The notes under the pieces: generated by a model | The model's input: only the letters and a program-made list of their open reading frames with translations | Database searches by the model: none | What the model was told of the DNA's origin: nothing | Assembly: GCA_964035545.1 (NCBI GenBank) | Contig: OZ037770.1 | Coordinates: 6,210,729 to 6,274,728 of the forward strand | Length of the DNA stretch: 64,000 bases | DNA from: Bugula neritina | Taxonomy: Eukaryota; Animalia; Bryozoa | Direction of reading: 5' to 3' | Translations under genes and position numbers: made by a program | In this document: positions 37,635 through 49,600 of the stretch, piece by piece | Layout of the letters: every line of letters begins with the position of its first letter | Numbering within the stretch: position 1 is the first letter of the stretch

Positions 37635-40600
37635 ATGGCTACTGGTGGTGAGTGAATTCAACAACTACTTTATTCAATTGTTTCTGGACAATAAAAATAT
37701 TCCAATACTGATAATAGGATGTAAATTATTATAATTGTATAATTGTGATTATTATATTTAGTCAACACTGCACAGGCTTCTCATATATGAGTAATACATC
37801 AAACTGTAGTTTTAGATGTAAAACTAATGTAAGATTATTATTTTGTAAGTTTTGGATTTTACATCAAATACTAATGTGAAGAACATGCATATGTTTGGTT
37901 GTATCCATCACTATTCATTGTTATCTTCATATGTATGTAATGTTTGTATGTCCAAATCTTTACTAAATGTATGTGAACCTTACAGTATGAAAGATACAGA
38001 TAAGTAAATGTAGATGTTATGTCAATACAATTTAAAGGATACTGATTAACACATTATCACTACATCCTATAGGCTACTTGTTAAGTCAACAAACAAACTA
38101 ATGCTTTGAAAAATTATATAAGATGTAAAATAATGCAAGCAGCTTGGTTAGATTTGTCTTATTGCAAAGTGATCAACACTGCTCTAGAAATTATACATAA
38201 AATGACTGATTATGAAGAGTCTAAAGCTACTCATTAAAATATGTGTAATTTAGTTATAGATATGAATATACACATCAACCATGTAATAAATATATTCAAA
38301 CCGTTGATGACAGGTGTCAGAATGATAGACACCACCTGCTAGCACTGTGTAATAATCACACTATCACTGTATTATGTTACAGAGAATATGAGAATCTTGT
38401 TTAGACATTCTGGACAGCCTCCTGTGAACTGGTGGAACATACAGTCTGCTAATACCAAATTGTATACTACTGCTGAGGTGAAATGTGAAGTTGGGAGTTA
38501 TGATATCACAGATCTGAAACTGGTAGGGAAACTTCCAAGTAACATTGGAGAGATTGCTGGTAAAGCCCTCTCTCTACGTGTTTATAACCTGACTGACAGG
38601 GCAAGTCTAGACAAGTGAGTGTCTATTAAAATAGCTGTGTGAATGTTAAATGAGTTTAGTTGTTTATTAAATAATAACCTATAATAGATGCTGAAGCTGT
38701 AGCATCCTTTTGCTGATAACATATTTATACAATATAATATACATAAAAATAAGGACATGTGCAACATTGTAACTATATACCAAGTAAGCTGGTTGTAGTA
38801 ATTAGAGGGTTTAAAGCTGCCTGTATACTGCTAGTTGATAGCATTAAATAAATCATGTTTTATGTAGCTGAAAACTGAAGTAATTCACAGTTTATAGTAG
38901 TATAGAAAAGGCTACTTTATGTCATAAACTACAAATATATTACATTAGAATTTAGTCATCAGATTAACTTACTTAGCGTGCAGAATGGGGCCTCATGTAC
39001 TGTAAGCTAACAGCTAACCTTGCATAATGAAGCTTTCTCTCCTCACCTACGACATAACTACAAAAACTCTTTGCTGTTCTATGCAACAATAAGTGTGTTT
39101 CTTGCATGTTTTACCTGGTTTGAATACACAAGAAATATATACAGTATATAATATATATTATCCTTATGCAGTAGACTAGATGTATCACACACTTTATATT
39201 ACAGTCTATGTAAGCTGACTCAGTTAGAGAAACTAGTCATAGGAGGAAATCCTCTCAACACAGTACCAGAAGTTGTGTCATCACTCACATCACTTAAAGA
39301 GTTGAATATGTGGAACTGTAGATTATCTACTCTACCTGAGAGGTTTGTGTGTCACAGTTTCAGTATTGTTTCAATCACTCAATAATTTACATATGTATAT
39401 GTGACCTCCCACCACAAAACAGGGAACGTTGGTCAGTTTTTCAAAATTGAGTTATTAATATAAAGTTAAAGAGCAGATCTTTGCAATCATTTTGCAATTT
39501 ATTTGAAGTCTCTAGTGCAGATAGAACTCGAGATATTGATATTCAAAAGCCTTGGCGTTTTTAAAACAATCAATTTACGTTTTTGAGAAATTCGCTTTTA
39601 AAGTAAGGAGGTCTGGAATAATTTATGGATTATTTGTTTACATTTGTCAAGCCTTAACAACGGGCCTTTTTATTCTAGCAAACTGGACAAATTTGGTATC
39701 AAAACATTTGTTCAAGTATGGGCTTTCAGCTCAACCAGTTTTTACGTTTCCCAAACAAAAAATTAGGTCAAAGATGGCCGCCAAACTTGTTGTAACTTTA
39801 TTTTCCCCGAATAGCTATTAAATTGTGATAACAGTTGAAAATTTTGCTACTTTCAGCACATATAAGGACCTTTAAGCACTTTTTTGCACCGACATTCATT
39901 TGAACCAACTATGCTAACTAGGTGTCGTATGAAACAAAATGGCAGCCATTTCCTGTTTTACGTTTGCTATTTCCCTCATTATTAATATCTCATGTAACAT
40001 GTCCAACTGTAGCTATTGAGCCATGCCATTCGATAGTATCAATTGTTTCATGCGTAAAAATCATATGAGAGAATCATTCAACTATTATGATATTATACAA
40101 AATTTATTCAGTCATACAGTTACAATGTAGAGTGATCAAAAGTTACACATAGGGAATCAGTTGAGATATTGAGTATCCATACAAGAAAATAAAGTATAAT
40201 TTATTTTTAATCTTCAAATCAATTATTATAAACAGATAAAAGTGTAGAAATTCAGCATAAATGAAACTTAAATTAATTCATATAGCAGAAAGACTGCTTA
40301 GGCCTCAGGTGATTCTTATGGTCTCTGAATCTTTGTCCTTGTTCTTCATAGCGTGAGTTTACAGAGTATAAGCACATAACCAAGAGTTTAATTGCTGCTA
40401 CAAACGATATTCCAGTAGTCAAAGTTAATAGATGCTGCTACTATAAATCTACCCTGTTCATCTATAGCCACTTAGACCTGCAATTATAATATTAAACTTA
40501 TTTTTAGATAATAAAAGAGAACAACAGTGCATTAGAAATTAAATCTGGCTATAAAATGTAATTGTTTTAACACCATTTAACTACTATATTACAGCAGCTA

Positions 40601-43600
40601 ATAATTATTGAGCAATTTCTCAACATTTAAGTTTATAGCGAGTTTGAAGGCACATTTGCAAACTAGTTATTTATAAAATTTTTGAGCATAATGAAATACT
40701 AGACACCTTTTTTCGAGTAAAGTTAGCAGAAGCTATAAGCTTGCAAGCGGTAGCTCTCCAAATGCAGGGAGTCCGGATCACAAGTGTAAGAATGATAGGT
40801 TATATGCAGCATGCTCTTGAGCTGTATAGGCGACATACCAAACAGCACCTCATCGACAAGTTCCATCATGTTGCCCTCACATCTTCACTTTCCTAAAATG
40901 AAAATAATGTTATATTCTTGAATAATAATCATGATGTAGTAATAATAATATTTTCTTTTCCTATTGCCATCAAAAATTAAGTCATTTGAATATTTAGCAT
41001 GTTTGAATCTGCAGTACTAAAGCAATGAGCTTGTATTTGAAAAATAAAACAACTAACTAATCAATATACTATTTAACATTCAATTCAAAGTGAGTAGACA
41101 GAGCTAGCCAAGTAGCAACAAAACCTACTAAATATAGCTACTGCAAAACCAATTTCAATTCAATTATTTACTTAAATATAAATAAATATAATAAATAAAT
41201 CAGCATAAGTAGTTGTAGTACTCCAATTCTATTTTGAAACTGGAAAGTCTTGCATGATAAAAGTGATGTATTCTAATAGTCATAGATAACTATAAGATTT
41301 AAACTAAGGGTAGCTGTAAGTGTTAGGCTGACAGTGACTAACAACAAGTGACTTGACTTTGACATCATTATTATTGTTTCACTCTTAAGGATCTTAATCA
41401 CTGTTATTATGAATATTATTATTATACTTGAACTTATTCAAATTGAATCACATTCGATATTTCAGTATGAGTATAGATTATGTTAAATATTCATATTCAA
41501 TATAAAAGTGGCGCTCCGCTGACTGTGGACCACTTAACATGCCCAGACTTAAAATTTCTATAAATAATCAATATGAAAATGAACATTTAATACTATGAAC
41601 TTCAAGTTAATGATAATAATAATATAATATTCAATAAGATTATCACAAGAACTAACTGAAAGAATTACTAATTGTATTAGTGTAATACTGAACCCTATTT
41701 AATAGTATTATCAATGTAAGTATGAGCATTTAATTTTGAATAAAAATAAAACACTCAATACTAAAAATTTCTAGTTAAAAATATCATTTTTTTAGCACCA
41801 GCTGTTAAAAATGAAAGTCAAGAAAGCATTTGACCTACATAGGCTAGAGTAAATCACTAAATCAAAATGAAAATGTAATACTATTATTATTTATTAATAC
41901 AAATAACGTAATAAGTATATAACTCGGATTGATTGATATTTTAATCATGATTATTAATATTATTATTAAATTCAAAAACTACAGCATTAGAAGTAGAAGT
42001 ATAACTTTAACTATAAGTATAAGTTAATAACTACTAGTAAATTATATAATTATTTAGTAGCGTAAATGAGCTATTTTCAGTATAATTACCTGCTTTGTAG
42101 TGATTTAATCATAAAGTCCAAAGATAAAGATCAATATTAAACTACAGCTAAGGAAATTAGTTGCGTTAAAAGCTAACTTAATCTTTGCAGCCAGCGCCAA
42201 AAATAGCTAATACTAAACTTAGTTTCAGAAGTAGGCTTCCTATCATGCGAGGAGAATGCAAGAGCTACCTTTATTAAACAAAGAATTATTTGTAGGATTC
42301 CGCGCTATGAAATGTTTTAATTTCATTTTCGTAATAGTAATGATAACTCCGAGTCAACTTGACTACGATCCGCCATTTCGAAGAAATATTTAATGCATAG
42401 TTACCAACTTTAGAGTTGATTTTGAGGCTGAAGGAATTAGCAATTGCTTGCGAAAATATGATATTTGAAATCCTTGAGTTTTTCTGTATAAGAAAATTTT
42501 AAAATTTGAAAACTGGCAAAAAATTTCAATTTTTGGTTTTTCAAAATTTAACCTTCATTTACTACACTTCATGAATGCCGCCAAGTTTCCGGTTTTGTCG
42601 CGAGGGGTCACATATGCTCACTGAATGGTGTTTATTAAACTTTTGCTCCAACTGGGATTTGAACCCAAGACCTCCAGCTTGCAAGCAGGCACACTAATCA
42701 TTACACCATGGGGCACTGGGTAAACTCAACACTACAGTGTTGATGTATCCTAACATATGTTGCCTTGCTAAAAACCATATTTTTGAGGTTATCTATAGTA
42801 GTTATAAGTCATAATCTGTAAATGACATAATTTGATGGCATGTCACAGCATATTATTATGCTTTAAAAAATTATGGTAATTATTGAAACAGTCTTTTAAT
42901 AGTAAAACTAGCTATTGCATGCTTCATAGCTTTATGCCTTGATTGCTTTAACTATCTGTTGCCCAACCAAATTGGTTTTTATAAAATATTTGGTTGAATA
43001 CACAAGCAATGTGTACAATATATTATATTATTATGATGCAGTAGACTAGATATATCACACACTTTATATTACAGTCTATGTCAGCTGACTCAGTTAGAGA
43101 CACTAGACATAGGATATAATCCCCTCAACACAGTACCAGAAGTTGTGTCATCACTCACATCACTCAAAGAGTTGCATATGTGGAACTGTGAATTATCTAC
43201 TCTACCTGAGAGGTTTGTGTGTCACAGGTTTTGTATTGTTTCTAGCATTCAATAATTTACATCTTCAAAATAACTTGGTTACAACAAAACTCTTTAAGCT
43301 GATTGTTCTGTATTCAGTTCCTTTTTTTCTGGGTGGCTTTTATAGTGTATGTGAAAGTTTAATGGTTTATTGAAAAATGATTGGAGTTCTAAATTATATT
43401 TAGTAGTTTTGTAAGTGTACTAGTGTCATGGTATGCTTTCCTTGTTTCAAAAACTCAGACATTCTTATATTTATATGCTTAAAAAGTAATATTAAAGTAT
43501 ATTATATTATATATTGCTGCGGTTAAAAATATAAAGTAAATTTTTCAAAGCCATGTAATAGTTTGTTATATCCTTGAGTAACACAGCTGTAAGCTATGGT

Positions 43601-46600
43601 ATTATATAGCATTCTATAGTAAACAGTTTTGTATTTAATAATGAAACGACCTCTTGTGGTGTCTTGTAACAGTAAGTGGATTACTTGAATTTTTTACCTG
43701 GTTTGAATACACAAAAAATGTATACAGTGTATATATTATCCTGATACAGTGGATTGCATATATCACACACTTTATATTACAGTCTGTGTCAGCTGACTCA
43801 GTTAGAGAAACTAGTCATAGGATGGAATCCTCTCAAAACTGTACCAGAAGTTTTGTCATCACTCACATCACTTAGAGAGTTGAATATGGGGAGCTGTGAA
43901 TTATCTACTCTGCCTGAGAGGTTTGTGTTTCTCAGACTTTGTATTGTTTAAAAATTCAGTAATTCACATATTTATGTGCATGCTAAATAATTTCAAATAG
44001 TACCCCATTATATATTACTAGGTTAAAATATAAAGGTATATAATCTGAAGTTTTTTTGAAGTTACATGTGTATTATAATCTCTCACATCTTGAAAATAAC
44101 ATAGTTTTAGAATTTGTCATAAAATATATATGAAAACCTTCATAATTTATAATAAAGCAGCCATTTATAGTGTATTAGTATTTATTTACTGTTGAATCCT
44201 CATTAGCTCTCTTGATTTATTAGCTCTGCATTTGAAATTTGCATTGCTGCCTAAACTTTATTCCTTGTTTGAATGCACAAGCAGCATATATATACAGTAT
44301 ATATTATTATAATACAGTAGACTACATTGTGCTAGTATTCACTACAAGTCAATGCAAAGGTTTGACAACACTGATTCTCTTTATTGATGACATGAAACAA
44401 GTACCCTGTTGAATAAAACATAAATTTTAATACTCAGGGTCACATGATCTATGATAAACTATAATATAAAAAAGTTGCAGTAACAGAAAGCAGGCACACA
44501 GAGTAATAATATTGTTTTTATGTATTATGTAATGACTATAATAATATTTACTTACAAATTTATTACCCTCTATTATAGTGTTACTAGCATGTAAATTATA
44601 TTATTTAAACCTGCAGGTACAAAAAAGACATATATAAATGAATTATATAATGTAGTCATATTATTACATCAACACTGTATATAAGATAAAATGACAAAAT
44701 CAATTATACCCATCATATTATATGTGGTACAAAACATGGTAACATACAGTTATGTTGAGATATGTCAGACTTTGCCTTTCATTACTAATGGCTAAAGAGT
44801 TGTGGGCTAAGGAACTTGTTGACTATCTGCTGTGTACACTCCTACTGACTGGCTTAGGTTAACAATATATTTTGTGATCAGTTACAGTATATTTGTCAAC
44901 TAATCCAAAGGTCAATTAACCAGTGTATAATGATACATAAATATATCACACAATTAATATGACAGTACCCTCACCTATTGCCTTTATGACTTGCTTGGGT
45001 AGTGGGTGGCTGCCAGAGGCCTACCTTAAATAAACTTTTCTACATAACTCTATCCTGAGGGTCTTCTTCATTGAAAAAACAGAATTGGTTATCTTTCCTG
45101 ATTGCGTCCTGCTGACTATGCTATGAGCATCTCGATTTCTCTTTACTCTAACTCTCATCACATGTACTCTTCTCAGGTCATCTCTCTTCTATATATATAT
45201 GTGTAAATACTGCCTAATTCTCTCGCTGGTTTTGCCATCTTTAAGACTGGTTCTCGCCTACGCTATGCTAAATCTTTCAGCAAGGTAATCGGTCAATGGC
45301 CATGTTTACACTCTATACAGTAGAACTAGTCATATTACTGTCTTGTGTATATATAAGCATCTTTACTTTCTTTCAAACTTAATTGTCAGCTCTCTTCATT
45401 TCTCCTTTATTGTCACATATTACCCCAGTCAGTTCTCTCCATTTATCCTAGGTGTTGCCAATGCGCACCTGTACCTCTACATTCTGCTTCCTGGTGAATT
45501 GTATTCTCCAGGTATTTGAATGTGGTATTTTGAATCAAAGTTGAATGTTCAAGTCTATCATATTCCATTATTTTGATATCATCGCTGCTTTTTCTGGTGA
45601 TAGGTACACAGTTTTATACCTGCTGACTTTTAGGCCGGCATCCTCTAATATCCTTTTCCAGTCTTCCAACACTTATTCTGCGATTTCTCTTCTCCCATCA
45701 CACAACACCAATTTACATACAGTATATATAATATGATGATTGTGGCTTATATCTGCTTGTTTTCTGTAGCTACCATAAGGCTGATTGCTAGATAATTGAA
45801 AGTGTTTCATATGAGCTTACTATAGTCACTATCACACAATACTATTTTGCTTAATTATTGTATACCAACTACCTCTAGTTTATGCTGGTAATAGAAATAT
45901 AATATTTTATTAGGATGCAGAGTCTACAGGAGCTACAGACACTAGACATAAATGGAAATAACTTCTCCAGATTACCATCTTCAGTGTGCAGATTGAGTAA
46001 TCTGCACACACTGGATATATCCAACAACAAATTCATGACAGCCTTGAACCCTGAGATACTACAGCTAACACGTCTTCACAGACTGAATACAGATAGTTGC
46101 AATGCTCTTACATCTCCTCCACTAGAAGTTCGTTGGAGAGGATTAGATGCTGTGCGACAATACTACACAGATTTGGCTAAGGGCACTGGTAGAAACTTGC
46201 CATTTGCTACAATAGCAGTGTTAGGGAACACCATGGCAGGTAAAACCAGTCTGATCAGAACATTACAGAGCACTGACAGGAAGAGAGTTCTGACTAAGAG
46301 AAGTTCGAATGCAGAGTATGATGAGACTACAAAGGTGTTTAATGTGGAAGAGGTGGAGGTGGATGGTACAACTCTTTGTCTCATAGATATGGGAGGCCAG
46401 GAGGTCTACCATATTACATACCATTTGACACTGAGACAAAATTGTGTACCGGTAATTGTAGTCAACATGGAGCAGTATGATCAGATTTCGAAAGCGTCTA
46501 CAGACAGAGAGGCTGTGAGAGAGTTGGCCTTTGACTTCGTCTCTCACCTCTATCTCGCTCATCCATCTCTTGGCCCACCTAAACTTGTCTTCACACACAA

Positions 46601-49600
46601 AGATAAGTTTCAAAATGAGAAGTGTCAACAAATAAAAGACGACTTTCTTAGAGTATCTGATGAACTGTGCAAAGAAATTCTTGATGAAGAGAAAGGCTCA
46701 GATGGGGAATTTGTGAAAATTCAGCATTTCAATTCATCGAATGGAAAGGTTTTTGCCAGTGAAGATATATATCAGATCGGAAAGGAAGACGACTATGCTG
46801 AGTACGACTTGATAAAGAGCTCCCTTCTAGAGAGCAGTCAGCATTTTGTTAAGCCTTTGCCTTTGATATGGGAAAAAGTGAATGAAAAAGTTTTGTCTTT
46901 ACCTGGAGCATTTTGCTCCTTTTGGTTTATTCTGCTTGTGTTAAAAAAAGACAGCTTTGAACTGAAGCCAAGCCAGCTAGATACTATTCTCACATACATG
47001 CATGACTGCGGCAAAGTATTGTGGTACAAGAAAATTGATGCACTCAGGCCATACATCTTTCACAAGATTTCTGAAGTAACCAAACTGTTGTGTGTTTTGT
47101 ATCACCATGACCCAAAAATTTGGCAGAGTCGGGTTGATCAGTTCAAATCATATCATTCCATAGAAGGAGTCAGGATTGAAAAGCAAGACTTTGAAAAATC
47201 TGTCAATTGCTTCAAGACTAGTGGCATGATGATGCAACCTCTTCTAACATATTTGATTGCGGACGAAACTTCCTTCAATAGTTCTGGTGATGTTGAAATT
47301 GCTGTTTCATTGCTCAGAACATTTCGTTTGCTGTATGGTCCTTTGGAAAATGATGCTAAGGTATCATACTACATTGTTCCACAGTTTGCCAAGGAGCTAT
47401 ATTGTACTCCCTACACATCATCGAAAGACCTGTTACTTGTTGCTGAGACACAGTTTAATGGTCTGGCATTACCACAGCATGTCTACCACCAAATGACTGT
47501 GGGTTTGCTAGAACTGTTTCCAGAAGAGTTTGCTGTGAGAAGGGTAAAGAATAATGGCGTTAATGTTTACCAAGATCAAATATACACACAGCTGATACAT
47601 GACTGCAAAGCAAGAAGAGTCTTACTCTATGTGTCATCTGATGCTGCTCACATTTCCAGGATGTGGGAGAAACTCATTTCAACCAACAACAACATCCTCA
47701 GACATGTGATGGAAACTTGGACTGCTAGTCGACCAGTCACTGCCTGCTTCTGTGCTCACTGCGTCACGCTTGGGGTTTCTTGCCCTGAAAAAATAATTCG
47801 TCCTAATTGGTGTTTTCGCTCCTTAAGCAACCCATCACCAGATGTAAAGAAGTGTAGTGGATCTTCAACAACATTGTGTAACAATGAGGAAGTGCCCAGT
47901 GCTTTAATCTACCCATGTATGTTAATTCAGAAATATTTTTACTCATACTTTTTTTTCATAAAACATCAATGCAGTTTTAAATGTTGAAAGTATACAAGGC
48001 CAATTAGAGAAGTTAGTTTAAATTATGCACTCCTAATTCGAGTTCATCAAAACTATACTAAACAACAAACATTGCCTAATAACGTTTACAAATATTTTAA
48101 CAGTTTAAACTATTCATTTAAAACCTGGATTTCTAAAATATATATATATGTCATATCCTTTAGTTGAGTCAATATTAAGATTTGGTAGTAAAACCTATCT
48201 AGTTATAGTTAAAGTGAAGGTTGTGAGGTAATTTATCTAATCAGTTTTATTCAGGTGAGGCGTTGTCAGAAACAGAAATTCAGAAGTTGGAGACGCTGTT
48301 GGTAAAGCTCAAACTACGCAGAATAGAGCAGAAACACTTTACTGGTAAACTTCTACAGTAGTTAATTCTTAGCTTCTTTTTTCTGGATAGAGTTTTGTTT
48401 GAGAAAAAAACAAATGACTTGAAGAAACTGTTTATTAAATTCAAACGACTGCATGAATAGTATAGAAAGTTTGATCATGTAAACTTCTTCGACGAGCTTT
48501 GCAAAGCCATTTCTGACAAAATCTAATGTTTATTTGTATGCAATGAACAAATTTCTTGTGTTTGTCAAATATTGACAATAAAATCTTGTGACTGCAGAGG
48601 TTGATGATCTAAGTGATCTCTCTGATGACGATGAAGTTTTACAGACTGGTGAAGAGAAGGACAAGGATATGAAGTTGATAAAACTCAAGTTAAAGCCAAC
48701 CAGCAACCTAAAGATTAAACAACTCTTTCCAAATACTGTCAAGGTTGTTATATCAGTTAATAACCGTTTTAGCCATGATGGTTTGGCCACTCAATACACT
48801 ATAGTGGTATAATTATTCCTTTATTCCCACAGCTTGATAATAAGAATACCTGAATGTAGAATACGTGCTTTCTTTACAAAGTATAAGTTTTATTGTAATA
48901 TAATTTGATAATTTTGTGCTTTGGAGAAATTGGCTCATAACATTTATTTAGTGAAATTTCATGTCACCACTGTACATGGTATTCTAAACATTCTTGCCTC
49001 CAGGTGTTCAATATGACCAGAAACAGAGGAAAAGCTCTGATCATAAACAACAAGAATTTTGTTGAAAGACCAGACTTATGCAGGGAAGGTTCAGATGCTG
49101 ATGTTGAGAACATGTCTGTCATGTTGAAATCTCTCAAGTTTGATGTTGAGACACACACAGACCTAAAGGCAGAGGTATAATATTTTAGAATGACAGCAAT
49201 AGTAGTGAACTATATACATGGTAGCATGCTATTTCTTTAAAGAAGTAAAAATGCTTTTTGTGTGAAACTGTATTCAAACTTTTAGGGTCAAGCTTTTTCT
49301 TCAGTATTTGCTTAACTTACACACTGTCCTAATATTACTTAAGGTTTGCTAAAATGGGTGCACATTTTGGCATACTTGCTTGTGAGTCAATATTTATAGT
49401 TATCAATAGTCATACTAATAGAAGTGAATGCTCTCATTTACCTGTATGGTTATTATTACTTACACAGCTCAACTTGGCTGACGTATTAGCTTTTCAACTG
49501 AAAATACCTATTACTATTGAAACAAGATTTAGCAACCTCCTAATATTGTCAAGTTGCAGTTATGCTATAAATGGCTGATGGGCCAGGATTATATAAAAAA

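Noticed and set aside
42644-42714. Functional tRNA gene (also 57970-58039)
   Set aside because: Acceptor and anticodon stems are imperfect, and the second copy has a SINE body and a 13-bp TSD.
45915-47987. 690-aa ORF as a stand-alone single-exon gene
   Set aside because: A strong acceptor at 45913 and donor at 47917 are phase-compatible with neighbouring exons; the ORF tail is AT-rich intron read-through.
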